Shown: piece after piece, positions 26,001 through 40,214 of the stretch
Position numbering within the stretch: position 1 is the stretch's first letter
How the letters are laid out: each line of letters opens with the position of its first letter
Origin: Antedon mediterranea
Lineage: Eukaryota; Animalia; Echinodermata
Reading direction: 5' to 3'
Assembly: GCF_964355755.1 (NCBI RefSeq)
Contig: NC_092676.1
Location: forward strand, 11,633,888 to 11,697,887
Length of the DNA stretch: 64,000 bases
Notes under the pieces: generated by a model
The model's input: only the letters and a program-made list of their open reading frames with translations
What the model was told of the DNA's origin: nothing
The model's database searches: none
Made by a program: the position numbers and the translations under genes

Positions 26001-28930
26001 TTCTATATTCGAATCGGGAGGTCTATATATTATACCAACAATCGTATTGTTACATTTTTTTTCAATTATTTCAATAAAAATACATTCACAAGATTCAATA
26101 AATAGATCTTTTCTTTGTTTTATGTCAATTGTAGCAGAAACAAACATACCAACTCCCTCTCCTTTACGGTTCTTCCTATCTAATGCGAGGAAGTCATAGC
26201 TCGGTAAATATGGTTTGCACGATGTATTGTTACGTCGTATCAATGTTGAAATCAAGTTGATGTCTGACAATTCAAGGTCGATCTACCTTCGTCGATACAA
26301 CGTCACTCTTTAACGTCGTATCAATGTTGAAATCAAGTTGATGTCTGACAATTCAAGGTCGATCTACCTTCGTCGATACAACGTCACACTTTAACGTCAT
26401 ATCAATGTTGAAATCAAGTTGATGTCTGACAATTCAAGGTCGATCTACCTTCGTCGATACAACGTCACACTTTAACGTCATATCAATGTTGAAATCAAGT
26501 TGATGTCTGACAATTCAAGGTCGATCTACCTTCGTCGATACAACGTCACTCTTTAACGTCGCATCAATGTTGAAATCAAGTTGATGTCTGACAATTCAAG
26601 GTCGATCTACCTTCGTCAATACAACGTCACTCTTTAACGCCGTATCAATGTTGAAATCAAGTTGATGTCTGACAATTCAAGGTCGATCTACCTTCGTCGA
26701 TACAACGTCACACTTTAACGTCATATCAATGTTGAAATCAAGTTGATGTCTGACAATTCAAGGTCGATCTACCTTCGTCGATACAACGTCACTCTTTAAC
26801 GTCGTATCAATGTTGAAATCAAGTTGATGTCTGACAATTCAAGGTCGATCTACCTTCGTCAATACAACGTCACTCTTTAACGTCGTATCAATGTTGAAAT
26901 CAAGTTGATGTCCGACAATCCAAGGTCGATCTACTATCGTCGATACTACAACGTTGAAATAAGGTTGAAATCTGAAAATGTAAAGTCAATCTACCATCGT
27001 CGATACAACGTCACTATTTACCGTTAATACAACGTTGAAATATGGTTGAAGTCTGAATATTTAAGGTCGATCTACCTTTGTTGATTCAACATCACTATAT
27101 AACGTAGTATCAACATTGAAATCAGGTTGAAGCCTGACCATCTAAGGTCGATCTATCTTCGTCGATACAACGTCACTATATTAACGTTGAAATCAGGTTG
27201 AAGACCGACAATTTAAGGTCAATCTACCATCGTCGAAACAACGTCACTGTATTAATGTCGATACAACGTTGAAATCAGGTTGAAGTCAGACAATTAAGGT
27301 CTGCCATCGTTGAAACAACGTCAATAAGTTAACGTTAGTACAACGTTGAAATCAGGTTGAAGCCCGACCATTTAAAGTCGATCTATCTTCGTCGATACAA
27401 CGTCACTATACTAACATTGATACAACGTTGAAATCAGGTTGAAGGTTGACAATTTAAGGTCAATCTACCATCGTTGGAACAACATCACTATATTAACGTT
27501 GATACAACGTTGAAATCTTACAATTTAAGGTCAATCTAAAATCGTCGAAACAACGTCACTATATTAACGTTGAAATCCGGTTGAAGTCAAACAATTTAAG
27601 GTTGATCTATCATCGTCGATATAACGTCCCGTTGATAAGACGTTGAAATCAGGTCAAAAGTTTGAAAATTTAGTGTCGGTCTGCCACTGTTGATACAACG
27701 TCACTATTTAACGTTGATACAACGTTGAAATCAGGTTGAATGCTGACAATTAAGGTCGATCTACCATCGTCGAAACAACGTCACCATTTAAAGTTGATAC
27801 AACGTTGAAATCAGGTTGAAGCATGACCATATAAGATCTACCTTTGTTGATTCAACGTCACTATATAACGTAGTATCAACGTTGAAATCAGGTTGAAGCC
27901 TGATCATCTTAAGTCGATCTACCATCGTCGATACTACGTCACTATTTAACGTTAATACAAGGTTGAAATCAGGTTGAAGCCTGACCATCTAAGGTCGATC
28001 TATCATCGTCGATACAACGTCACTATATAAACGTTGATACAACGTTGAAATCAGGTTAAAGCCTGACCATTAAAGTCGATCTATCTCCGTCGAAACTACG
28101 TCACTATATTAACGTTGATACAACGTTAAAATCCGGTTGAAAGCTTCCCTTTTAATGTCAATCTACCATCGTCGATACAACGTCACTATTTAACGTTGAT
28201 ACAACGTTAAAATCAAGTTGAAATCTTAAATGTTTAGGTCGATCTACCATCGTCGAAACAACGTCAATATTCAACGACGATACAACGTTGTAATTAGGTT
28301 ACAAGACTGTCAGACCAACGTCGATCTACCCCTGTTGATACGTCGTCATTATTTCAACGTTGATACAACCGACAATTCGTGGAAACGACGTCACGATTCA
28401 ACGTTGTATCAACGTTGAAATCAAGTTGATATCTGACAATTCAATGTCGATCTGCCTTCGTCGATACAATGTCACTACTACAACGTTAACATCAAGTTAA
28501 CATCTGAAATGTTTAGGTCGATCTACCATCGTCAATAGTCAACGACGGCACAACGTTGTAATTAGGTTACAAGACTGTCAGACCAACGTCGATCTACCCC
28601 TGTTGATACGTCGTCATTATTTTAACGTTGATACAACCGACAATTCGTGGTCGATATCCCTCGTGGAAACGACCTCACGATTCAACGGTGTATCAACGTT
28701 GAAATCAAGTTGATATCTGACAATTCAATGTCGATCTGCCTTCGTCGACGATACAACGTCACTACTACAACGTTAAAATCAACATCTGAGATGTTTAGGT
28801 CGATCTACCATCGTCGAAACAACGTCACTATATTACATTAATGTCGACACAACGTTGAAGTCTGACTATTTAAGGTCGATCTATCATCGTTGATACAACG
28901 TTACTATTATAACGTTGATACAACGATGAA
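21485..28930. repeat. Left subterminal array, 81-bp monomer with a 325-bp higher-order repeat
   Basis: HOR starts at 21606, 21931, 22256 and 22581; near-identical 81-mers at 26238, 26319, 26400 and onward; rich in CAACGTTG and GTCGA; split by a LINE. Confidence 0.95.
23031..26220 (-). mobile_element. CR1/L2-group LINE, EN+RT ORF2 with frameshifts and (TG)n 3' tail
   Basis: GIIYRPP, MGDFNIN, SLIDNIF, ISDHLP, NYRPISLL, DLSKAFD, GVPQGSVLGP, FADDT; AATAAA then (TG)n at the 3' end (the CA run at 23031-23072 on +). Confidence 0.95.
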
Positions 28931-29221
28931 AATTAATAATGATCATGATTCACCGTCGTGTTCTTCTGTGATCCACCAATCACATAACGTAATATGTTTA
29001 CGCGCTCGATCTTACGTACGACGTAACCATTTTCCCGCCGCCGCGCCGGCCCTTTTATAAACGAGCCGAGTGTGTGTGTATAGTCGATCGGACAGCAAAT
29101 TGATTCAAGGCCAAGCAAATATCCTATAAATAAAGCGGAAAACGTACCTTTTTTCTTTACATTAATATATAGATTAGTGCAAACTGTAAGTACAGGCTTT
29201 ACCCTATATATTTTATCTATT

Positions 29222-30045
29222 TTTAGTCGCGTGGAAGCGACTCTATAGTTCACTATGTCGGTCGGTTGGTCGGTCTGTCTGTCTGTCGGTCTGTCTGTCG
29301 GTCTGTCTGTCTGTCGGTCTGTCTGTCTGTCGGTCTGTCTGTCTGTCTGTCGGTCCGGTATCACTATGCGTTTTATCGCTTTCTGACCTTATCTTGATAT
29401 CAGTTTAATCTAGCTAGGTCAATTTTTCACAGTATATTCCTTATGGTCAGGAATCAATGTGGTTATGTTTTCACGGTGCGCAATAAAAAATTACGTGGTC
29501 TACGCACGATTTAACAAAATCAAGTTTGTAATCATATCTTCACAACCATGAATCACAATTAAATAAAATTTGGTACTCATAAATTTCAGGGCATAAATCA
29601 TCATATGGCAATACAATTACGTGCGTAGCGCATGTAACGCATATGTACGCGCGCTTAACATTTTCAAAATTTATTTTCGATGAAATAAGAGTACATTTCA
29701 GGCAATTTTAAGCGTTTACAAAATTGCCATGAGTGCGCATATTTTTGCGCGCGCACTGCGCGTTAAATGTTATTGCGCACTCTTTTTGCCCGATTTCTGT
29801 TTTCTTGACTTACTTTTCAACTCGAAATTACGTTATACGAGCATGTCGAAAGTGACAGGCTACGCACGTGTAAATTAAAAAAATATAAATGTTTTTAAAC
29901 ATTTCAACATTTTTAAACATGTTCAGTAATTTCGGTCAGTATAGTTCACTATGTCGGTCGGTCGGTCTGTCTGTCTGTCGGTCTGTCTGTCGGTCCGGTA
30001 TCACTATGCATTGTAGCACGCGACTTAATGGCTGTTGGCCTTGTT
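29222..30045 (+). mobile_element. Non-autonomous Helentron (HINE/DINE-1-like)
   Basis: Subterminal IR AGTCGCGTG/CACGCGACT, (GTCT/GTCG)n microsatellite, duplicated core, T-rich insertion site. Confidence 0.75.
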
Positions 30046-30198
30046 TTAATAGGTTTAAATTTCTTTAAAACCTACAAGACTGTTTTAACAAAACGCTTTT
30101 AAAAATCCAGTAGCTCCCGCCGCGCGCAGAGGTTAGGTCTAGGCTAGTCTGCTGGCCGCGTGACGACGTGGGTGGTGAGATAACTAGCCAGACGCTTA

Positions 30199-30961
30199 CC
30201 GACGTAAATCTTCTAATTGTAACCCCCAAACTCTAATAGTAACCCCCCCCCACCCCTTCTAATAGTAACCCACCTTATAAATATAATAAGCCTAGGCCTA
30301 TATTTATTGTTTCGTTGTAAGATTACTGTTGCTATTACATATAGCAAGGCTAGACTAGCCTAGGCCCTAGGCCTATTTAATTAGGGCTTACTTTCTTTAT
30401 GATAATTTGCTATGGTATTGATATAGCCTACCCTAGGCCTACCTGTAATTTTAGCTAATTAATTGTGTTGTGTAATTATCTAGACCTAGGCCTATTGGCT
30501 ATTTAGGCCTAGCCTAGACTTAGTAGTAGGCCTCCTCCTCTAGGCCTAGCCTTATAGAGCCTAGCCTAGGCTAAATTATATTTATTGATTCAATCCTGTT
30601 AGTGTTATGAGCGATTTTGGTCGATGTTGGATGAAGATGAAAAAAAATAAATAAATAATAAAATAAGTCAATCTGGGGCCTAGGCCCTAGGCCTAGCCTA
30701 GGGGCTACAATAATATCCCACTAGCCTAGTAGGCCTACTCTAATAGTAACCCATGGGGGTTACTATTTATAGGATAGGCTAGAGTCACAAAAACTTATGA
30801 TGCAGCCGTAGACTAGGCCTAGATTTTAAAAATGAGATAGGCCTATGCCTCATCCTAGTAGGTGTACCCCCCCCCCCTTCTAATTAGTAACCCACCCTAA
30901 AAAACAATTAAAGAATTATTTAATATTAAATAACCCAGGATTTCAATTAGAATATTTACGG
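30199..30961. mobile_element. Degenerate Tc1/mariner-pogo-like MITE
   Basis: TA-flanked imperfect TIR CGTAAAT..TTCTAATTG / CAATTAGAATATTTACGG; internal TAATAGTAACCC repeats. Confidence 0.5.
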
Positions 30962-32068
30962 TATGCATAGGTAGTCTAGGCCTAGCATAATAGGCCTCAG
31001 GGCCTGGGTAGGCTATACGCCTAGTTAGGCCTATATATACACGGTACTATATAGGCTAGGCCTAGGCATATAGTAGGCCTATCTATAGCCTGGCATGTTA
31101 GGCTACTAAACTTAGTCTTCCTACTCTATAATATTACTACTACTACTACTGGCTAAGCCTACGACTCTAGGCTTACTTAGGTCTAGCTACAGGTAGATCT
31201 ACTACTACAGACGTCCTACTAGCTGCCTAGGTCTATATAGACACACAAATACAATATTTTTTATACTCAGCCTACACTATAGTAGTACTAGGCCGGCTAC
31301 TGCAACTAATTACATGGAGGATAAAAGGATCCTCATTAGAAAATAATAAATATTAACATTAAAAATAAAAGCAAACTTAACTAGCGCCCTCTAGGATTTT
31401 TTAAATCGAAGTAGGCTAACGCTACAGTAGGCTGCAGTCAGCCGATTGTATTATATATATATAGCAAAGAATAATTAATGAGCAGATGAAGGTTTGATTT
31501 TAAAAACATGTATATTATTGGATATAAAAATATAATTTCTATGATATATATTTTGCAATTATATAAAATTTATATAAAAATTATTTAATTATTAAAAAAT
31601 AAAAAAACACATAATAAAAATCAAGGAACTATACAAACATTCAATAATACAAAATATCCCAAATGTAGTAGGCCTATGACTTTGAATACAGCGCTAATCT
31701 AGTTTGCATTTTCCTGGCATTTTATAAATGATTCAGATAACCATATCTTATAAGCCCCTACTCTAGGCCTTACAACACAAATGAATCTACAGTAGGTTAA
31801 AAAATTGCATATAAAACAAACCAAAAATCTAAACCTAACCAGTAATCTATCAGTAATCAATTGAGTACTACTGTAAGTAAGTACTCAAGTAATTTTTTGG
31901 TTTTTTTTTAATAACTTTATGTGCCATTCTTTAGTGTCTTGTTTATCGATTTTTGAACGCAGTGAAGGGTTAATAAATTTGAAATTTCAAAGGCCTAATA
32001 ACAAAACAAAATAATGTAAATTCCTTAAAAAAAATTTATTACATTTATTTATAATTCTAACTAGAGTT

Positions 32069-33943
32069 ATGGCATATTTGAGACAATGGAGAAGAACTCG
32101 TTCAGTTGTTGAAGCTTTGATTAGGGAGGGCAGTAGTGATGATGAATCCAACAACACTAATTCAGCTCAGGATGATGAGACAATCCATGTGGCAGATACA
32201 CAAGAGTTGACTTCAGAATCCGACTTTAATTATGAATCAACATCTTTTGATTCTTCTGAAAATAATATTGAAGATAACGAAAATAATGACAACATTGCTA
32301 TTCAACTTCGGACATGGGCCACAACACATGCATGTAATATACTTGCCTTGAATGACTTGCTTAATATTCTTCGCAATCATGGTCTTACTAGTCTTCCAAA
32401 AGATGCACGTACTTTATTACAAACTCCAAATAATGTTCCTAGTGTTGACAAGTGTGGTGGCAAATATATTTACTTTGGACTTGAATCTTGTATTTCGAGT
32501 GTTTTATTCAAAAATGTATATCAATCATCTCGTATTAAATTAAAGATCAACATTGACGGTTTACCTCTTTTTAAATCCTCAAGTGTTCAGCTCTGGCCAA
32601 TATTGTGCAGCTTCCATAATTACCCACCATTTATAGTTGCATTGTTTTCAGGAACTGCCAAGCCAGACCCACTTGCCGATTATCTGTTTGATTTCCTTGA
32701 AGAATTGAAGCATTTAATAAATGTTGGCATTACCCACAGACATACAACCTACCAATTTGAAGTTGAAGCATTTATTTGTGATGCCCCAGCACGAGCTTAT
32801 TTGAAATGCATAACAAGTCACAATGCATACCATTCATGTGAAAGGTGTCAAATCAAGGGTTCCTGGGAAGGGAGAGTTGTCTTTAATTCAAACTCCAACT
32901 TTCCTCTTCGTACAAGAACACAATTTGATATGGTTGGGTACGAGCAACATCAGCAGACAAAAACACCTCTCATCGACATCGGTATAAACTGCATATCACA
33001 ATTCACCCTCGACTATATGCACCTGGTGTGTCTTGGTGTGGTACGCAGAATGTTGGCATTCATGAAGAAATCCTCTCATGTGTCGCTTGTCAGCTATGCA
33101 AATAACAGAGATATCAACTAACCTTATGGAGTTAAATGGAAAGATGACCAGAGAATTTGCACGGCAACCACGATCTTTACTACATTTAGATCGGTGGAAA
33201 GCCACTGAGTTTAGACAGTTTTTGCTATATTCTGGACCAGTTGTTTTGAGAAATGTGGTCCCAAACTTAGTCTATAATCACTTCCTGTGTCTTTCAGTTT
33301 CCATTTCAATTATGCTTAATTCATCTGATCATAAGAAAGCAGCACATTTACCATATGCAAGGCAGCTTCTCGAATATTTTGTAAAAAAATCAAAGGCAAT
33401 ATATGGTAGCACATTTACAACATATAATGTCCACAATCTCACACACCTTCATGAGGATATAACATACTTCGGGTCTTCCCTCAATGAAATTTCTGCATTC
33501 AGATTCGAAAATCATCTGCAAATGATAAAAAAACTAGTTAAAATGCACAAAACCCGATAGTTCAAATTGCAAAACGCCTAAAAGAAAAGGAGACAAGTTG
33601 TCAACAAATAGCACCTTTCAGATGTACCAGCTTCATATCCACGAAGTTGAAAGACCAATGCTTTTTTTTGCATAGCAATGAATTTGCACTTGTTCGAGAG
33701 TTAAGAGATGACAGTACATATGTATGCGATTGTATTTCCCTCAGACATACAGTGGCCTTCTATGATACCCCATGTAATTCGAAACACATTTTATCAATAG
33801 TATTCATAGAGGAAGAGGCCATGAGAGTTCGGTCTCACCGCAAACTTGTAGAAAAGAAGGATCTACAAAGAAAGGCAGTACAATTACCATACAACAATGG
33901 ATTTGTTCTCTTTCCACTGTTGCATGAAGTTGAATGGAATTAG
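32069..33943 (+). pseudogene. EnSpm/CACTA transposase, frameshifted
   Basis: NIDGLPLFKSS..LWPILC, ICDAPARAYLK..HNAYHSCERC, LDYMHLVCLGV, RWKATEFRQFLLY, YNVHNLTHL, SAFRFEN; frame changes near 33070 and 33545. Confidence 0.92.
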
Positions 33944-34459
33944 CGAAATTAGATCATTCCATTACATACGTGAAATGTTCAAAATCAGATTTTGAATAGG
34001 CCATTTCGCAGTTTTAATCACTTCCATGAACAAAAATGAACAAAAATAATGAATACACTTAAAAAAAGCAAAATAAACAATTTGAGTTTTTTTGCTATAA
34101 ATTACAATTTTTTCATATAAATAATAACTTTAGTCGCTTCAAAACGTGACTCTACATTTTACTATGTCAACCCAATTTTGTGCACATTACTGCATCTATG
34201 TATATGGTCTTGTTTTTTTTCAATCCAATTTTTGGTCAAAGTGAATAATTATTAATTATGTGACATTAAAATGGCCTATTCAATAACAAACAATTACTGT
34301 ATACATGCAATATTATATACACAATATATCTACTGTATCTATCTATCATAAAAAAAAGTTAAAAAAAAAATACTGTATCCTTCTAACTAAACAATATAAA
34401 TTTAATATACGTACCTGCACATAAAAAAAAAATGAATATTTTTTTTCTATGTTTATTAA

Positions 34460-34952
34460 AGATGTATTTTTGACTAATTCCAAAAAAATAAAAGTTGGTA
34501 ATTTTGAAGTATCATAATAGTTATTAACTTTCACGAAAAATTAGTCAAAAAAAACAAAAACATTTAACTGAAATAAAGACGTTTTCAGTCAAAGTTTTCA
34601 ATCAAAACATATCTCATAATGCAACACGCTTGTTTGGCTACTCTGTATGCATAATCATAAAACTTCCTTGCGATCTGTGTGAGAACACCTTCTCAACTGT
34701 GACGAGTTGTAAACAATCCTAATTAGCATCATGCATAATGCATACTTATGGTTTGAAATCTTTGTTTACTTTCGCTCGCGACGATTTTCTGGACTAAATT
34801 AATTTACCTGTTAATTACGTAAACTTGTTGTTTTTGGCTCAAATTTTCGACTTAATTTAAAGTGAATAACTTTAATATAACTTTGATATGGCCAATTTAA
34901 ATTTAGACTACTTTGACCTTCATTTTGTTGTCTTTTAAGGGACAATACATCT
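34460..34952. mobile_element. Kolobok-type MITE (empty form of 6120-13386)
   Basis: TTAA TSDs; reverse complement of 6120-6431 joined to 13170-13386. Confidence 0.85.
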
Positions 34953-35027
34953 TTAAGTATGCCTAGCTGTATTAAATAATATTATTATAAATAATTAAGA
35001 CTTCATCATCGAGTCTATTATTTAAAT

Positions 35028-35660
35028 TATTGGTTATCCGCAACGAAGTTGCAGGATAACCCTTGTGATTGTACTTAATCATCATCTATTTATGTTTTTT
35101 CAGCCTTGTCTCATAATTTTACCAACTTTTAAACAATTTCGACTTAATAAAAGCATGTCAGACAACATGGACAATTTGCGCATATTTTTGATGAAAAAGT
35201 AAAAAAATTCGTCAAAATTATGCCTTTTTTTAAATAGTCATAGACTCTAAACTACATGGTGAACTTTTTGTTTAATTACATATTCTGAAGGTTGATAAGT
35301 TATTCTTAATAGATAATAAACATTTGCGCATATTTTTGATGAAAAAGTAAAAAAATTCGTCAAAATTATGCCTTTTTTTAAATAGTCATAGACTCTAAAC
35401 TACATGGTGAACTTTTTGTTTAATTACATATTCTGAAGGTTGATAAGTTATTCTTAATAGATAATAAACCTGGTGCTTTTATATGATTGTTTTATTTTGC
35501 TTTCTATTTTATTTGCATTAGAAGCTAAAAAGGGTAAAATTATTTACCATGCTAAATTTTTTGCAATATTGTATTGACAGGAATTTTGTATAACATATTT
35601 TTAAATAACATAAAAAAAAAGAGACAACCCCAAAAAAAGGGCGGGATGCGAGAGCCTAAT
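35028..35660 (+). mobile_element. Helentron-like non-autonomous element with ~150-bp tandem core
   Basis: 5' hairpin GGTTATCC..GGATAACC; duplicated core at ~35174-35320 and ~35322-35470; GC-rich 3' end. Confidence 0.5.
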
Positions 35661-36215
35661 TATCAATTGTAAACTGTGAAAAAGTATATATAGGAGAGAC
35701 CGGAAGGGCACTGAATACAAGAATTGGGGAACATAAAAAAGACGTATCAACACACAACCAAGTAGTTAGAACACGTGCTAATAGAAATTCTTCGTCCAAG
35801 GTTTTACATAAGTCAGCCATAACTGACCACGCTATAGGGAATGACCATATTCCAAATTGGAATGCGAGAGTTATTGAAAAAGAAGCACAGACAGACAAAA
35901 GAAAAATAAAAGAATCTATCTGCATAAGAAAAAGACCACATAATATCAACAGAGACATTGGTGGGTATGACCTCCCACATACATATGATAGTTTGCTGGA
36001 AAAAGTTGAAGCAGGAGGGGGCCAGCGGAGACGCTCTACCGTCAATACCAACCAGACGGCTGGTGGCGCTGTTCAGCGTCACTTACAAAAAACCAGACCA
36101 TTCCAACCCAGGCATTAGTCTGAAGCAGCTGACAGATTGTCGGCGAAACGTCACGAAGGTAATTTTATTCCTTTTCGTTGTCTTGGTTTAACATAAAAGT
36201 AAAAATCCACAAAAA
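35660..36215 (+). mobile_element. Penelope-like element 3' fragment (GIY-YIG endonuclease and tail)
   Basis: CEKVYIGETGRALNTRIGEHKKD..HKSAITDH..NRDIGGY; homologous to 48108-49013. Confidence 0.85.
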
Positions 36216-36452
36216 AAATCAATGTAATTTCATTTATCAATGTTTAATAATGTATTTTATTTCCGTTCCACACCCATATACCATACCCAAACTCCGATCC
36301 ATGGATCCATGAGATGATGATTGAAAACATTAAATACTCTCTTTTCTTCTTTTTGTACCACATCATTTTGTAGGTTTTATCATTTACACTTATGTGTGGA
36401 TAGCCTATAGTTGCTGACTACAGAAAATTAAACAATTTTTTTCTCCAGAAAC

Positions 36453-38622
36453 ATGGCTAGCCTATGGGCTCGTGCGGCCTGGATTGAAGGGCCAGGAGTT
36501 GAAGAAGAAGGTGTTATCCCTGCATGTTGGATAGATGAAAAACAAAAAATTGTGTATTGGCCAAACACACAGGAAAAAAAGCAATGAAGGAGATGCAAAA
36601 GCCCCAAAATGGATGGTTTGATTTTGAACTAATCAAAATAAAGATTTCTTCTGGTACTTTAAATCATCATCACAGTCTATTACGATTACAGCATCATCCT
36701 TTTTATTTTGTCAATGAAAAAACTAATAACTTGTGTAGTATTGTATTTTAAAATAATTAAGAAATTACTTATATGATATGACAGACGAAGTATAATTCAG
36801 GCCATTAAAGATTGAATTGTTCCCCAAAAATGGTAAATAATTTTTTTATCCAATTTTTGGTCCATTCAAATTACATTTTCAACAAAACAATATATGTAAA
36901 TTATTTTTCAAGGGGACAATCAAATAAAATATAATAATTTCGTAATGGTAAAACCTCATACTGTAAATCATTTGTGTAGAACGGTTTTATATTAATAATT
37001 TATTTTTTTTGCATTCTCATTAATTAGAACGTAAAGTCGAGTGCGAGGCATATGATGACACCACCGCCGACGAATCAAGTAATGAAATGCCAACTGGCCC
37101 CGAAAGAGAAAAACAAAAAAACGATCATATTCAGATTTTCTAATGGGTATACGTCTAAAACGTGTTGTAAAGAAAATAATTCTGACACTATCTAAAAAAT
37201 ATGTCAGCACTAACTTGATTACACAATTGTTTAGTTTGAGATAAATCATTTTTCATTTTTAACTTTAAAACTTATTTAAATTAATTATCACTTTTTTTGT
37301 TATATTCGCCTTCCAGTTCGGATATTGGAGACGCGCCAGAAGCACCACCATCACCGCCATCACCGCCACCACCGCCACCTCAGGCAAATAAGCAGTCTTC
37401 TCCACCTGAACCTCAGAGGGTTGCTGCACCAATGTCGGAAAAAAGTATGTAATTTTTTTTTTCTGAACAAAGTTTTATTCAATTTTTGCCAACATTCATG
37501 ATGCCGTAAGACTAACATGGAAACAACAATTTTTTTTCAAATGACAGTTCTGAAACTACTCACGGAGATAAAGGACAATATAAATAACCTTGGGAAAAGA
37601 TACGAGCCAAGAGACTCAATAGTCAATATTAAACGTGTGGAAACAATGGAGGAATACCATAAAGCAAATAAAGATTTGGAAAAAGAAGAAAACTACCAAT
37701 TATTGGTAATTACGGTAAACACTGCCTAACAATATAACGCAACTATATCCTTACCAGCCAAGTGGATGATTTTGTATCACATGCCATTTATTATTGAGCT
37801 AAACGTTTATTTAGCTCAATTTCTGTTAAAACTAATCCAAATTTATTCACATTCTTATGATTATACAATAACAAAAATTCCTTTTTCATTAAACTGTTAA
37901 ATTGTAAATTGAACTTATGCATTTTTAATTTAAGGTAACACAACTTTCTCAAGTTGGCGGAATCGATGTAAGGGACAATGTTGGAAAGACTATGTCAATG
38001 ACTATGTAAGCAGTTCTAATCTGTATAATACTTTGTGTGAGGGTATATCTATAAAAAAAATCTAAAGGCAAAGATTTAAATATAATTATTTATAATAATA
38101 ATAATATAAAATATGATCTGTGTTGGGGAATTGGGGTTGCTGGTGAATTGCAAATTTCAGACGAGGCGAGTCCCTATCTGCCTAATGCTAGCTACGGCCC
38201 TGACTCTACTAATACTGCTATTGCTACTAGTAAATTACTAAATTAAACTACTAAATTAAAAATTAAATTAATATGTTACATTATCTTTTCAGAATCCTTA
38301 CTAATGAAATCATGTCACAATTAAATATGAAGGGCAATCGAAACAAACAGGCGTTTGGTTTGTCGAAATTATGTTTTGTTGTCAAAGGTATGTTTAAATT
38401 ATATAAAGTATTATAATTAAAGATGTATTGTCGACCTGAAGGAAAAATTTTCTTTAAAAAATATATATACTAGCTCTTACGTGCATTGAAATTGATTTTT
38501 CAGACAGTGTAAAAAGAACACAAAGAACGACTGAATCAGAAATTGATATTGGAATCGCAAAGTTTTTGAAATATGCGCCAGACAGGAAGGGAGGCAAGGG
38601 GAGCCGATCAACAGAAAATTAA
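36453..38622 (+). pseudogene. Spliced EnSpm accessory gene (DUF4806-type), about 7 exons
   Basis: Exons at ~36453-36653, 37028-37147, 37317-37444, ~37535-37705, 37934-38005, 38293-38387 and 38505-38622; EEGVIPACWI..VYWP, LSQVGG, NMKGNRNKQAF, KFLKYAPDRKGG; frameshift in exon 1. Confidence 0.75.
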
Positions 38623-38683
38623 TTCCAGAAAACTATAGATCATGAAAGCTAAGATCCTAGATTGCAAATTACTACTGTATTAA

Positions 38684-39428
38684 AGACACCTTCCCTACGT
38701 TTTTTAGATCTAATTTAAGATCACAAACTACATTTAATGTAAAATAATACTATATGGTCCTATTGCGATAACTTTTTTCGTCTTTAAATGGTTAAAAATG
38801 TGAAAAATAAGTCGATTCTAATAATTATAGTGGTCCGCTATAAATCCCAAAATGCATTGCACGCGGATTAATATATTTTTTTTCTTCTGTAATTCACTCA
38901 CTTTTCAATCGTTCGCGAGGCCAAAACAAATGGAAGACTCCTAACTTTTCAGCGAAAATACCAGGTTTTCCCCAATTTGTATCAACGGAGTCTGGAAAAA
39001 ATAGAAAGACAATTAATGCAGCAACTATACGTCAGGCTAGGTATAGAGCTAGTGTAAGATGTTCTTACGTTACCGATGTTTACCAGCTAGGCTTACAAAA
39101 CTAAGCCTAGCTAGGCTGGTATCGGATCATCTCGGTCGCGTTTCATTTCGGTCGCGCTTCCTGTAAATCGAACTTCCGGCGATTTCTATGGAACGCCGCT
39201 CAATGCAGTACTGTACACTGTAAGCTCTAATTAAAGATCGAAGTGTAAGGCGAGCCTTAAAAAAAAAAGACCGTCCACAAGAGGTCATTCACTGCGAGCT
39301 ACTTTTCTCACTTTTTATCATAATTTACAATAAAATGTACATTTAAGACAAGGAATGACCTTGTTTAATGTTTTTAAAGTAATATGTATTATTTTTACAA
39401 AACGTCACAAATTGTAGGGAAGGCGTCT
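38684..39428. mobile_element. Kolobok-type MITE, second family, copy 1
   Basis: TTAA|AGACACCTTCCCTAC...GTAGGGAAGGCGTCT|TTAA; inverted copy at 56753-57378. Confidence 0.85.
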
Positions 39429-39760
39429 TTAATTAGCACTTACTTGCTTTAGAATTTTTTTTTTTTTCAGAGAGAATACAGGCCTATAATTTTTTTTACT
39501 ATTGACTCGGGTTCTTAGTTCATCAGGTCTTAGCTTTCATGATCTTAGGTTTTGCGACACAATATTATTGAATAAGACATAACCACCCAAGAAAAAATTC
39601 ATACATGCCAACACTTCCAGATTTCTCCACATTTTCTCCCACATTACAAAGATAACAGAATTTGTGTGCATATGTATTGTTTCTGCATTAAATTTTAAAA
39701 AAGCTTCACACAACCAAATTTACGATATTTAAAGAACAACTTGACCAAGGATCATATTTC

Positions 39761-40052
39761 AACAACGTATTGGGGATGTACATATGATTTCAGAACCAGC
39801 GCAAATTAAGGATATCACCGCACACGCTCGCCGTACAGCTGTCGTCGTCAATTGCAGTGACGTACTTCACAGGCGCATCGCAAAATTTAAGTCATAAGTT
39901 TTCACTGTTTTTGCTAATTTCAACTGTATTATGCTTAAATTTAGCAAAATGTTCAGTCAATTTACGGCGACGGCTGTACGGCGAGTGGTTGCGGAGATAT
40001 CTTAAATCTCGCGATGGTTCTGAAATCATGTGTACATCCTTAATACGTTGTT
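39761..40052. mobile_element. Palindromic MITE
   Basis: ~90-bp imperfect TIRs AACAACGTATT.GGATGTACA...TGTACATCCTTAATACGTTGTT. Confidence 0.75.
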
Positions 40053-40214
40053 AAAAGTTGTCCTTTAAGCCAGTGTACAACCATCTGCAGTCCTAATTTT
40101 TTTTCGAAACGGAAAAGTTATTCCCCTCACATAGCCACCTTGTGATACCACCTTACCTCTGTTAACCTAAAAAAAACCACCATCTCCCGTTTTTAAACTT
40201 CAGATGTTGGCATG

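Noticed and set aside
26220-26270. N-terminus of the 505-aa ORF
   Set aside because: The start codon comes from the satellite array fortuitously in frame with the truncated LINE.
21485-28930. CRISPR-like array
   Set aside because: Whole units are homologous with no unique spacers, there are no cas genes, and the context is eukaryotic.
28933-29364. 143-aa ORF with QTDR repeats
   Set aside because: It is a translation of the Helentron microsatellite.
38418-38440. Additional Kolobok element in the last DUF4806 intron
   Set aside because: Only one TTAAAGATGTATTGTC end, with no partner.
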